Below, piece by piece: positions 11,428 to 24,221 of a DNA stretch of 64,000 nt. The translations under genes and the position numbers were made by a program. Origin of the DNA: Octopus sinensis (taxonomy: Eukaryota); the NCBI RefSeq assembly GCF_006345805.1, contig NC_043009.1, forward strand, positions 44,268,001-44,332,000, written 5' to 3'. Under the pieces are notes generated by a model, which was not told where the DNA came from, made no database searches, and was given only the letters and a program-made list of their open reading frames with translations. Numbering within the stretch: position 1 is the first letter of the stretch; every line of letters begins with the position of its first letter.

Positions 11428-11628
11428 AATTAGCCATATCAGGCCCATATGTTCTACTTGTTTTATGTTCAAACTGAGCAGATTAGGCCTCTCACTCATA
11501 CCCTCTAATGTCGTTCTGAAAATAAACAGTCACATCATTGAAATCTGAAAGACAATGTATGATCAATTCCAAAATGATGTTAATAAATAAATATTACATT
11601 TGATAGAGAAATCTGAATGCTAAAGAAG
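11428..11628 (-). mobile_element. Family P MITE, decayed
   Basis: Reverse complement of the P body; ends TCTGAATGCTAAAG. Confidence 0.7.
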
Positions 11629-11999
11629 TTTTGTATGAAAGGCCGTAAGAAAAGCATTAAAGTAATACTGTTGAGTGAAGATCTTTTAAAATTGTAATGG
11701 ATTAAACTTTTTAATTTACCTTCTCAATCAATCATTTTGTCCCCACCACTGTTTATTAATAACCTATCTACTTAATATTCTAAGTTGACCTATTCATTTT
11801 CAGTACTGCCATTAGACTTATAAAAGTTATCACTCACTTTATATTGTAGTCTAATCTAGATGTTTCAGCTTGATTCGACAGTAAAATATCTTAAATGACC
11901 CATGGGCAAAGATACACATAGCCATGCAGTCTTAAACATACCTTATTATGATACAAAGTAAAAATATTTATTTCCCCAATTTGGGTGGTATCTGCATGG

Positions 12000-12110
12000 A
12001 GTGGATTTAATCAATGACCTTAGTACTTAACACTGGTCTGATTCTTATTTTGTAAAAACCAGAAGATTGGAAGGCAAGGTCAACTTCTGTAGGGTTTGAA
12101 CTCAGAATAT
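12000..12110 (-). mobile_element. SINE-B fragment
   Basis: GGAAGGCAAGGTCAACTT...TTTGAACTCAGAAT. Confidence 0.6.
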
Positions 12111-14322
12111 AAAGACTTGTTACTGAGCAACTAAAAGTATGTCTTTATAATTAGCTCTATTATTTCAGTCACCTCACTACCTATATTTTAAGGCCAATCT
12201 ATTTTACTAGACTTGGGTATAAGGAACTTTAATCGTAGACCTCTTTAATGTTATCTGACCCAAAATACTGTTTCTTTAGATTTGGCCCAATATTTCTCTA
12301 AATAAGGAATATTGTTTCCATACTTCCAGCACATGCACACATTCATTCTCTCTCTCTCTGCTATTCTATTGTTGCCTGTCTCTGAATATTCGGATTGGTT
12401 TAGTTCCTACATATTCCTTCTTTCATAGTTAACACGACCAATGTAAGGGTTTGAATGACTTCTTTCAAAAACCAAAATGTTGTCTTCATTTGATTTCTTT
12501 TTCAGTAAATCTTCAAGTATCGTCTATTCTTTTGGTCATGTTTTATGACATAATTAACTGCCATAAGGGAACTGGTGCCTCTTTGCTACCAAAATCTCAG
12601 TTATATATCATTATACTCTCTCTCTCTCTCTCTCAAGAAGGAAGCAGTGCCTTAGATTTTATTTATATTTTTTTTGTATATATTATCTTTTCTAGATAGC
12701 TGAAATTATCAATCAGTCCTTCTAAGTGTTTTCTACTGTGCATAGCTGTTTAAATAGAGATGGGAAGTATTCACTTATCATGACCTTTCCTGTACATTCT
12801 TTTCCTTAAAAGTGAAAGCGGTGGAATTTTAAATACGAAAAGATTACTCTCTCTCATCAACAAATATTCGGTGAAATTACATAAAAAAAAAAAGAAACCC
12901 CAAAAAACTATTTTATCAAAATGACACTCGGCAAGATGAAAATATTTTTGTGATCATTGTAATAAATATCATAGGAAATGTTTGCATTACTTTGTGGAAG
13001 TCTTTGTTTTATTGCATGAGAAGATTTTGGCTTTTATTGGGATTTGGTCTGATGCGAGCCATTATATAATGTATGTCAGTGTCTTTGAGAATGGCTGCAA
13101 GCTAGATGTCATGCCAGGCTGGGAAATACTTCTCGAAATAGTTGCAGTGCCGAAAGGAAATGGAGGAGGAAACAGTTGTGTGTGTACATGCACACATTTT
13201 TTCTTTCTTTGTCTCTCTCTCCCGCCCTCCCTCTCTCTCTCACACACACACACACATACACACACACTGAAACTCTTTGTCACTGATCTACCATAATGTT
13301 TTGTTTTCACCGTTTCTTCTGCCAACTATTAAAACTGTTTCTGCCCCAATACCTTTGTGTCACCCCTATCTTGTTTCTCTGCCTTTTCCCCTATGGGCAT
13401 CCTTACTGTGCTGTCTTACCATATTTAGTACTAAACCAGCACAGTCAACTTTTTTTTTTTTTTTTTTTTTTTTTGAGAAGCAGGCTGCATGAGACATGGT
13501 TCACCACCAGGTCGACTGCATTTCAAAGAGCCAATTCAAGGTAATTGTTTGTTTAGGTGTGCCATCCAGAAAAGTCCTGCAGGCCTCATTTGTCCATTGA
13601 CTGTACTTGACATTCTGGATCACCAGAGTGATCTGTATTTGGAATACTTTATTCTAGATATTAAAATGAATTAGAGATTTTCTAATTATGTACCGTAGAA
13701 TAATTGGAAATTTATTTTCAATAAATGCCGTTCACTTTATTTTCTCTGAAGAAAGTATTTGTCTTTCAACTTTGAATTTATTGTCTTTGCACAGCTCTCA
13801 AGAGGTTTCACTGCCTTGTTTCACTATTTATCCCACCTCTTCCTTCCTTTTCCTTCTGTCTTCCTTCTCTCTCCTTCATATCCTCTTTCTCTTCTTCATA
13901 TTCTAATCCCACCTCACTGTCTCCTTTATCCCCTTCTTTATAGTAAGGGAATTTTATCAATTACTTTTGTATTTTCTTAAATAACTTGCTGGGTCCGAAG
14001 GAAAGGACAGTTGGTGGAGGAACAACAATTGTTCCTCCACCAATAGCGTCAACTCACCAACTCAAGAGGATTTTTGGTGGCCTTCTTTGGCCAGTGGGAT
14101 TGATGCCTTTAAATATCCCTCTTGGACCTTTGTAAGTCAACACCTGTGGGAAAGGTATAAACAAGGAGAAAATCCTAGAGGGATCAACATTCTAGACATA
14201 GTGATTATTGTGGAACCTGGGCCACAAGAGTGATTAGAGGATTAAAGGAGGAAAGACCAAGACTTGAATTTTGAACAACCTGTTTGCTGGATTCATTATA
14301 AACTAGCTGCAGCTTATATTTA

Positions 14323-14725
14323 ACACTTTGCCCACCATGGGAGTTACCAGTGACCCCCAATGGTGATTTTTTTTTTTTGTTGTTTTCCATGGGGTCTCAC
14401 ATCACTGTAGTTCAAACCATATTATTTGAATTTTAGAAAATGTGCAAAAGACTTGTTTCTTTGTATTTTTAAATGGTTTCCTATTTGCATCAATAGTTGT
14501 GGTCAGGGATCAGGTTTGATATTGAAAGGGTGCAAGTCAGTCATTTTCCATCATTGGACTGCTGCCCCTCCATAAAATAAATTCTGTGAAAAAAATAGCC
14601 ATTAAATCTTATATAATCTGAAATATTATCTGTAGAAAAAAAAATCCATAAATGGAGATATGATGGACATTTTAACACTTTTTAACATGTATGTCACTGG
14701 TGACTCCCACAGTACAGAATGAATA
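14323..14725. mobile_element. Probable TTAA-type MITE with GGGAGTCACCAGTGAC subterminal inverted repeats
   Basis: Left TTAA|CACTTT...GGGAGTTACCAGTGAC; right GTCACTGGTGACTCCC...AGAATG; a further left-end copy follows at 14728-14760. Confidence 0.45.
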
Positions 14726-14818
14726 TAATATTCATTCTGTATTTTGGGAGTCACCAGTGAGAGCCATGCTATAAATCAAATTGGTAGTTTTACAGTGAAT
14801 TAGAGAACATATATATAT

Positions 14819-15207
14819 TCTTTTATTTGCTTCAGTCATTTGACTGTAGCCATTCTACAGCACTGCTTTAAAGAGTCTTAGTCAAGGAATCGATCCCCAG
14901 GATTTATTCTTTGTAAGCCCAGTACTTATTCTATTGGTCACTTTTGCTAAACTACTAAGTTACGGGAACATAAACACACCAACATTGGTTTCAAGTAATG
15001 GTGGGGGGATAAACCCAGACACAAAAACACACATACATACATACGATGGGTTTCTTTCAGTTTCCGTCTACCAGATCCCCTTGCAAGGCTTTGGTTGACC
15101 CAAGGCTATAGTAGACAACACTTTCCCATGGTACCATGCAGTGGGGCCGAACCAGGAACCATATGGTTGGGAAGCAAGCTTCTTACCACACAACCACACA
15201 TACACCT
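14819..15207 (-). mobile_element. SINE family A, near full length
   Basis: TTTCAGTTTCCGTCTACCA, CCATGCAGTGGGGCCGAACC and CTTACCACACAACC motifs of family A on the - strand. Confidence 0.85.
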
Positions 15208-15430
15208 ATCGTTGTTAAGAGATTCTTTTAAATGCCCAATTTATATCAAAATGGGAAAGAAAACATGTTGCAAAATGGTTTTCGTAGGTAAAGTGTTAAT
15301 ACATTGCCCAATGTATATGGATTATAAACAAACCAACACCATTTGTGAAGCATGGGAAAGCATGCACACACTGCACAAAACATGCACTCACGTCTATGAA
15401 TTTGTTTTGCAAGATGCCTGATATGAAATA

Positions 15431-15434
<4 letters not shown>

Positions 15435-15514
<80 letters not shown>
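15435..15514. repeat. (AT)n microsatellite
   Basis: About 80 bp of alternating AT with one interruption. Confidence 0.95.
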
Positions 15515-15518
<4 letters not shown>

Positions 15519-15710
15519 AAGTTGGTGTGTGAAAGCACGTGGTTGAATATATAGAAAATAGTAAAAAGTGAAAAAACTACAGAAGGCTTGTTTTAAAAGG
15601 TTAAAAAATATATATTTGAGTCATTATGTCAGAAGAATGTTATAAATTTTTTTCATACAATGACATAGTTTTTGAAGAAATGACCGGTTATATATATAAT
15701 ACACACATAC

Positions 15711-15843
15711 ATAACAGGGTTTTGTCTACTGAATTCACTCACAAGGCATTGGTTAGCCTAGGGCTATATAGTAGACGTCACTTGCCCAAGTTACTGTGCA
15801 GTGGAACTGAACCTGAAACGATGTGGTTGCAAAGCGAGCACAG
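15711..15843 (-). mobile_element. SINE-A 5' half
   Basis: CACTTGCCCAAG...GTGCAGTGGAACTGAACC. Confidence 0.75.
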
Positions 15844-17344
15844 CATTCACAGGGAGACGGGTTTACTTAATTATAACTTACATTAACTAAGGAGCTGTGA
15901 TGAAATTAAGGCTGGTGTTGTTAGATAGACCATGTTAGTTTATTTTTATTTTTATGGCAGTCACAAAGGCAAAGAAGCGCCACTAAGTATTAAGGTTTGT
16001 CAGATGATACATGGATCTAACCTGCCAGATGGATTGACTCCATTTGCACACACCGTTGTTCTGTTGCTTCATTATATCGTTATTTCTATTGTGGAATGGA
16101 ATTACTGCCAGTTTAGTCATCACTCCAACACTTGAGTGGTTCCCCCCATCAGCCCTGGACAAGCTGAATTACCATAAAAGACATGGGTATGTTAGATGCA
16201 TCCTAATTTCAGTAGTGTATGTTCGAGAAAAAATAGCTTTGAAGCATGTCATATAATCCCAAAAGCCCAACTTCACATATAAGACCAGGAGTGATTTTTT
16301 TTTTTTGAGAAATGTTATATATACCATCAAATATGGTAGTTTCAATGGTGACCATTTTGTTACTTTTCTTTACCAAACACAGTGTACCTAGAAGTACATT
16401 TTCCAATGTGTCCTTCTTTCTTTTAAGTTGGTAGAATGATTTGAAGGAAATTTAGCTACTGTTTCTAGCGTGTCTGGTGACTGCTTATATTTATTCCCTC
16501 ATTGGTTCAAGAGTGACTGGAAGCAACAGATGTGGGTGGATAAAATAAACTCAAGACTTTTTATTAGGAATTTTCAATCCAGCATAAGATCTCGAATGGA
16601 ATAGATCTCATTAACATCCCTTAGTATGGTGATGGGGTTGTTGGCTATATTCATTTTTGAAAAAAAATTTGAAGTGGTTTTTTTTTTTTTTTCTCCATAT
16701 TCTAGATCAGACAGAAGAGAGTGGTTTTTAACATAAGAGATTGTAGATAATATGTGTAGGTGTCTACAAATAATTAAGCTGTTACTTCCAAGGAATGTAT
16801 ATGTGTGGGTGTATATAGTCTGAAACCATGAAATTCACACCTTTTACACTAAATCATTGTCCTTTTATCCTTTTTTTTTTCTTTTTGAATTTGTGAATGT
16901 ATGTAGGTGGAAGCTGATATGAAGAGCACTTTTCTGTGGAAGAATTTTTGTCGTTTTTTTTTTTTTTTTTACTGTCTACAGTTTGTTATGGTTTAATATC
17001 GCAGAGAAAATAGATATAATTTTTGATGTAACCTTTGCTTTCCATTAAGATAGCTTTTAGATATTACATTATAACTTAAAAACATTTACTCCCAAAAGTA
17101 TTGTTTGTCAAATGCTAGTATAGTTTAATGGTCTCACTCTGTCATGATTCTGAGAACAGTTTTTATTTCCAACTTTTTGGGTGTCAAAAAGCAAAGGCAA
17201 GTTTGTTTGTTTTCCTTTTTTTTTTATTTTGTAAGAAACTATATTCAGCAGGTAAAGGGTTTTCTTGAGGTCTATAAGCCCTTTAGCATTCAGATTACTC
17301 TGTGAAATCTAATACTTATTTGTTTACATTGTTTAGGGGATAAG

Positions 17345-17770
17345 AAGAGACCATTCCTAATTTTGTGGGCTCGTGGATACTGGTGCCACATAAATAGCAC
17401 CTGTGCTGGTGCCATGTAAACGCACCCATACCAGTTTATTGTACTTCAGAAGCTAAGTAAAATCGTGGTTGTCCTTGCATACAAGGAAATCCCCTGCATC
17501 CCTCTTCAGCTGAGCGTTCCTAATTTTGTGGGCTCATAGGTGCTGGTGCCACATAAAAAGCACCTGTGCTGGTGCCATGTAAATGTACCCATGCTAGTGC
17601 TGTGTAAATGCACCCAGTACACTCTATAAAGTGGTTGGCATTAGGAAGGGAATCCAGCTAGAGAAACCATGCCAAAGCAGACATGAAGCCTAGGCAGCTC
17701 TTCAGTTGACCAGCTCCTGTCAAACCATCCAACCCATGCCAGCATGGAAAACCAATGTTAAATCATGATG
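17345..17770 (+). mobile_element. Family C (RTE 3' UTR) with internal duplicated subunits
   Basis: ~80-bp repeat at 17354-17432 and 17517-17593; GGTTGGCATTAGGAAGGG; CCCATGCCAGCATGGAAAA...GTTAAATCATGATG tail. Confidence 0.75.
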
Positions 17771-17781
17771 TTTTGAATTAA

Positions 17782-17973
17782 CCCTTTAGTATTCAGATTA
17801 CTCTGTCAAAACTAATATTTATTCGCATTGTTTTGAATTAACAATGCTGTATCTCATAGCTTCAAGATTTCAGTGATGTGATTGTTTCTTTTTAGAATGT
17901 CGTTGTGAGAGGCATGTTCTGATCCATTTGAACATAAAACGGATAGACTATGATGGATTTAAATGCGAAATAG
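17782..17973 (+). mobile_element. piggyBac-like MITE, family P
   Basis: TTAA at 17778-17781 and 17974-17977; left end CCCTTTAGTATTCAG. Confidence 0.8.
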
Positions 17974-19203
17974 TTAAAGCAGATTTATAACTGTTAGACC
18001 TATAAAACACAATCTTTAGAAGTAGAACTTAAAATTTACTTAGTTATAATTAGTCCAGCTGCTAATCAACACTGTTGGCATTGGTAAAATAAGCATTTTG
18101 AAACAGGTCTTAAAAAATACTGCCAAGAGTAGTTGGAAGTAGAATTAATTTTCAATGACCTTCCAACCATAAATAAGACTTTATAATTCAGGTGTGGGAG
18201 CCACAAAAAGATTGAACAACAGAAACATTTAACTATTCTTTACTTATAATTTTTCTGTCTTTTTCCCTTTTTTTTTTCTTTATAAGGACTATTATATACT
18301 AACCTATATTACAGTCAGTCATGGTTTACCAACTTTACTTGGAAATAGAATTTGATTACATAAAAAAAAATAAAAAACGGAAATGACTAATGAATATTGA
18401 CTTAGATGATAGTAACAGATCAAATGAAAAGTCACAGCTGACTAAATGTCAGCCCTGCTTTTCTTGAATGGTTGACTGTTTGAATCTTAACACACACACA
18501 CACATACTGTGTACTGATGTATGTACATTATACTGTTGTTCCGGTAGCTCAGTTCACTTAATTGTAAAAGGGTACCGTGTGTAGGTATATCTCATTGTTG
18601 GAGCACTGTATAATTACCAGTTGCATAGTTGGTTCATAATGCTGAATTGAAATTTACTTTGTAGATCCAGGGAAGACAAAAGGGTCTGAGGTTTCTGCTT
18701 TGGTACAACAATTTCTTCATGGTTTATAGACATGAGGACCTACATCCTTATCTTCTTAAACTGCTCTTCTGAATTTTTGAGATACTTTCTATATCTTCTG
18801 TCTGTCACTTGTTTCAGTCACTCGTTCAGTACCACCTTAGTTTTTAGGACATAAACAAACCAATACCAGTTGTTTTGGGGAGAGGAGTGGGGGGCAGACA
18901 AGCCCATATACACAAAACAACATAAGTGCAAGAGACAATCACAGTTAATATTATTAGTTTGATGCTCCAAGAAGGAAAAAGTTACAAAGTAAAAGTTACA
19001 GAAAGAAAGTGTGTGTGCGCATGCACACACACACATACACAGTGAGTGAGAGAGTAGAATTAGAAATAGAAAATCCTTGGTACAGTATTCTATATTTGAA
19101 AAACTGAACAGAAATAGCTTTCCTGATAATATTTCCACTTTAATTATTAGATGTTTATAACTCAATTTACATATATCTATATCTATCTATATATATATAT
19201 ATA

Positions 19204-19405
19204 TATCATCGTTTAACATCTGCTTTCCATGCTGGCTGGCATGGGTTGGACAGTTAGACTGGGGATTGGCAAGCCAAGAGGCTGCACCAGGCTCTAATCT
19301 GATCTGGCAAGGTTTCTACAGCTTGATGGCCTTCCTAATGCCAACTACTCAGGGAGTGTAGTGGGTGCTTTTTACGTGCCACCAGCATGGGAGCCAGTCA
19401 GGTGA
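19204..19405 (-). mobile_element. Family C 3' end
   Basis: CATCGTTTAACATCTGCTTTCCATGCTGG...CTTTTTACGTGCCACCAGCATGGGAGCCAGTCAGG. Confidence 0.85.
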
Positions 19406-19751
19406 CACACACACACACAATGGGCTACTCCCTACTTTAGGAGAGTTTGTCAACGACGTTAGTTAATGAGTTGATTTGTCATGGAGAGTGAAAGAATATA
19501 CTGTTCTGACCACTGTCCACTGTCGTTTTCTAAAAAGAAGGAGAAATGCTCTGAACATTTAGATTCTTTCATTCCTCACACCAGTATCATCTCACTGAAT
19601 AACCTTGCCTCTACATCAATAATTCCTGTCAATAAAAACCACCATCACCACTTTTCTCAGATTTCAGATTTTACTGTATCTTTCTCTAATAATTTCAGTT
19701 CTTGTTTTTGTGTTTTCTTTTTTTTTTAATTTGGGTACTTTTTATTTATAT

Positions 19752-20275
19752 ATCATCATCATCATTTAATGACCGCTTTCTGTGCTTGCATGGGTTGGAC
19801 AGTTTGACTGAGGTCTGGCAAGTCAGAAGGCTGTACCGGGCTCCATTCTGATCTGGCAAGGTTTCTACAGCTGGATGCTCTTCCTAATGCCAGCCACTCC
19901 AAAAGTGTGTAGTGGATGCTTTTTACATGCCACCAACACGCGAGCCAGTCAGGCCGTACTGGTAACAACCACACTCGAATGGTGCTTTTTACATGCCACC
20001 GGCATGGGTGCCAGTCAGGCAGTACTGGCATCAGCCACAACAATGACTTCACTTGCCTCAACAGGTCTTCACAAACACAGTTTATTGCCCAATGATTGAA
20101 GGGTACTCTTAAATGGGCCGGTTATGCTGCACTGCTTAGGCCATGGTTACGGTCTCACTTGGCTTGTCAGGTCTTCTCAAGCACAGCATATCTCCAAAGG
20201 TCTCGGTCACTCGTCATCACCTCCTCGAGGCCCAGCGTTCACCACCTCATCCTAGGTCTTCCTGCTTCCATAGGT
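19752..20275 (-). mobile_element. RTE-clade LINE 3' end (family C) with ORF terminus
   Basis: - strand 20275-20150 reads ..RKT*DEVV/TLGLEEVMTSDRDLWRYAVLEKT*QAK*, typical of the RTE C-terminal region; tandem UTR modules; (GAT)n tail. Confidence 0.8.
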
Positions 20276-20620
20276 TCCCTTTACTGCTGCTACTTTTTTC
20301 CTAACTCTTTATGATAAATGGTAGTAGTGTAATAATGATAATAATGTTATCAAATTAATTTCTATTTATTATTAACTAAAATAGAAATATATAAAAGAGT
20401 AATTCATACTTTAATCTTAAAACTTTTCCCAATTCGAATATATTTCACCAAAAGAGTGACATCATTTGAAGCATGAGGATCAAGATAAGTCAACATTGGA
20501 AAAACATCTTCGTATAGTTTTAGGAAAGAACCAGCTCTTTCCAAATTTTGGATTTTGTTTTTCGATTTCCTTTTCAAAACTGCAGCAGGAAAACCAGTGT
20601 TTTCCCTGTATGTATTATGT

Positions 20621-20969
20621 TTATCTCTTACTTGTTTCAGTCATTGGACTGCAGCCATGCTGGGGCACCACTTCGAAGGGTTTGGTTGAAAAATATCAGC
20701 CCCACTACTTATTTTTTTTAAAGTCTAGTTCTTATTCTAACTGCTTAGTTTCAATGACATAAACAAACCAACAGCGGTTGTTAAACTATGAATGCAGGCA
20801 ACCACAAAGACATATCCACATACTTTGAACAGGCTCCTTTCAGTTTCTGCCTACCAAATTCACTCACAAAGTATTGATTGGTCTAAGGCTGTAATAGAAG
20901 ACACTTACCCAAAGTGCCAAACAGTGGGACTGAACCTGAAATCACATGGTTTGCAAAGTGAGCTTCTTT
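20621..20969 (-). mobile_element. SINE family A, decayed
   Basis: CTTGTTTCAGTCATTGGACTGCAGCCATGCTGG tail; CAGTGGGACTGAACC head. Confidence 0.8.
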
Positions 20970-21724
20970 ATATATACTAGGCTTAAAGGAAAAACAGAAG
21001 TACCGGGGTCAATTCATTCAACTAAAAATTCTTCAAGGCAATACCCCAGGATGGTCACAGTCTAATGACTGAAGCAGATAAAGATTTTATGTGTGTATAT
21101 ACATTCAAGCTTTTATTATTTACCTATTTGATAAACTTTAAACTTTAGGAGTAATAGTTTTCCACAGTTGGTAGAATTCTCTTGGTAATTATTGTATCAA
21201 CTGCAAAAATGTGTTCTGAATCAGTGTTATCTGTTATAAAATAATTGTTTAAGCTGTACACACGTCTCTTCCTCTCTAACCTTCAACTGAATCATTGAAA
21301 ATTTACTGATAATACCAACTGTATTGCCTGGAATGGTTCACCAAAGTGGGTGGGAGGTATCATAATGAAATGTTGTCAATTTACTGCATAAACCTTACAA
21401 AGTTTGGCGATAATGCACACAACCAGCAGTGTGTTTCCATCTTTCTCTTAGACCGTTCCCCTACCCTGACGTATGTACATCAAAGTGAATTTGCTGTTAT
21501 GGTAACTTTTGCTATGTGTGAACTTCATGGAAATACTAACCAATTACTTAAGTGAGCTGTGATACTGTCATTATCTTTGTGTGTCGTGGAAACACTGAAC
21601 TGGTTTATTTGAATAAAAATTTTCATGTTTAACTATTCATATGTATACAATACCAAAAATGTTTTATATATATATACACCTCCCTGGGGACTGCAATCTT
21701 GTAAGCTGCATGATTATCTCACTA

Positions 21725-21890
21725 ATGCTGGTGGCATGAAAAAATGCACCTATTAGATGTGTAGAGGTTGGCATTTGGAAGGGCATCCAGTTATGGAAAT
21801 TATGCCAGAGCAAATACTGGAGCACTATGTAGTCCTATCAAACCATCTAAGTCATGCCAGTTCGGAACATCGACATTAAATGTTGATGAT
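21725..21890 (+). mobile_element. Family C fragment
   Basis: GGTTGGCATTTGGAAGGGCATCCAG...GACATTAAATGTTGATG. Confidence 0.65.
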
Positions 21891-21916
21891 AAAGGTGTGT
21901 GTGTATCTATATATAA

Positions 21917-22292
21917 TTTTGGGCTCAATTCCACTCTACACCACTTTGGCTAAATGTCTTCTATAACCCCAAGCCTTGTCAATGGATTTTGTAAATGGCA
22001 ACTAAAAGAAGCACATTGTGTGTGTGCGTGCGTGCTTGGTGATGTGAGTGTCTGTGTCTCCTAGCTGTCACATCAAGTCCCAATTGCAAGCACACATCAC
22101 CATGTTTTTCGCAATCTTCCACAAAAACATATCCAGCTACTGAGATGTTCATGTTTGAAGGCCTAGAGGAAATATTATCTTGCTTGAAAAGAGGTGAGAA
22201 TTGGTGACAGGCGGGGAATCTAGTTGTAGAATATCTCCCTCAAATTTCATGTGACCCATACAAACATGGGAAAATGAGTGTTAAAATAATGA
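21917..22292 (+). mobile_element. SINE family E (A-type head, C-like 3' end)
   Basis: A-type 5' half, (GT)n linker, GAAATATTATCTTGCTTGAAAAGAGGTGAG, GACCCATACAAACATGG...GTTAAAATAATG. Confidence 0.65.
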
Positions 22293-23343
22293 ACCCACTA
22301 ATTTTAACATAAATCTGATGTTATTGAACAGGATTACATCTCAGTTAAGGTTGGATCAGTTGTGTGCTTGGTTTATTTATTTATTTTTTGTTTTTAATGT
22401 CTGAAACTTAATTTGTTCCTAATAGCTCTATAGTAATATTCTCATTGAAATTTATTTTAATTTCTGATAATTGGTCATTCACATTTTCTTGGAATGTTGA
22501 ACAGTAATACTAGTAGCTGCTGACCTAAAAAGACTTTGTGTGAAGTGAATATGTCAGATCCAAAAATGTTGAGTCACACAGTTTGAATGCATGGTGTAAT
22601 ACTGTATTGCAGGTATGTCCCCTCTATTGTGGGACATGGGAACAGTGAGGAATTAAGCCTAAAGGAAGTAGACTTTCCCCTTTATGAAAGGATAATGAAA
22701 CCATGCCTATTCAAAGAATGAACATTACAGTATTGTTGGGTCTTATGTTGTAACAATTTAATGGTTGGGGTGGAGGAAACTACTGTATGGTTGCTTGAGG
22801 TACTAGAAAGAACAGCCAATTATCCCTAACCCGAATGTGTAGGTTAAACAAGATTTGAATTGGGTTTTTTTTTTGTCTTACAGCTGGATACCCTTCCTGT
22901 CACCCACTCTTGTTTATATTGTTTTTCTTTCGATTGGCGAACAATTCAATGTTAGGACATGTTTTAGCAAGAAATGTAAACAATAACACCTGCTAATATG
23001 GTGATTCTTTTTTACACAGCTTGTTAACAATGTCAAATCAAATGAAAACACTCACATATTCACATTCACATACATACGACAAATTTTTGTAGAGTTTCCA
23101 TCTACTAATTTCACTCTTAAGGCGCTAGTCTATTGGAGGCACTTGCCCACAATGCCATGCAGTGGGAATGAACCCAAAGCAACATAGTTACAAAGCAAAC
23201 TTTTTAACAATGCAACCATGCCTATACCTATTGTCTTTTAAAAAGACTAACAAGTTGATAATGTAGCATTAGGTGTAATTTACCTGAGGTACGATACATA
23301 GGTCTTGGTCTGCTCAGTGGAGCTGATTTAGGACTTAATGTTG

Positions 23344-23550
23344 TCATCATCATCATTTAACATCCATTTTCCATGCTGACACAAGTTGGACAATTCGATA
23401 GGATCCGGTGAGCCACAGGGCTGTATTGATGTCCATTGTCAACTTTGGCATAGTTTCTAACAACTTGATAGTTCTTAATGACAAGTATTTTGCAGTGTGT
23501 ACTGGATGCTTTTTTTCCTCTCCCCATGGCACCAGCATTAGTGAGGTTAC
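23344..23550 (-). mobile_element. Family C 3' end
   Basis: CATCATCATCATTTAACATCCATTTTCCATGCTG. Confidence 0.7.
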
Positions 23551-24017
23551 CAAGTAATTTGACAGAAATTCAGAGAAATATTGGTGGTGGTGGTGGTGAG
23601 ATAATTTTGAAATGTCATTAAATGCCTGTTTTAAATTAATTAATTTTCATGAATTTAAAATAAATATTTATTTCCAGTGACACTCTGCTGTTGCCTTGCT
23701 ATTTATTGTTATTAACAGTAAATAATGAAAAACAGTAGAGTTTTTCATTGAATAATCTATCAGTCTTATTAGGAATTCAGCAATCAGTGTATTTTGCTAA
23801 TATACTGTATCAGTAATTGGTTTTTTGTTTAACCCTAGGCCAGCTGTAATCCAGCAGACCTAATACCAAAGGTTTTACCCATAACCATCCTATTTCAGAT
23901 CGTCTTAAGTTAACTTTTTTTTTATAGATAATGTTGTGATTTGAGGGGTAATGGTGAATGCTGTTTGTAACAAGTTGAGCAACTGTGTAGATGCTCATTT
24001 AGAGACTCTTGGATTAA

Positions 24018-24221
24018 CCCTTTTGTTTAACCCATATTTCCATTGAATTTTGAAAATAATGAAGAATTTTAATAGGTACCTCTGTCATTGTTGGACTGGT
24101 GTTTGGAAGATAATTTGATATTTTGGTGGAATGATTTAACTTAGATTACGTTAAAACGGGTAGTTTGTGTCATGGAATTAGAGGTGATCTTGGGTCAGTG
24201 GGTGGGTGGGTATCAAAAGAG
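24018..24221 (-). mobile_element. piggyBac-like MITE, family Q, decayed
   Basis: TTAA|CCCTTTT ... GGTATCAAAAGAG|TTA; body is the reverse complement of the 55566 copy type. Confidence 0.6.
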
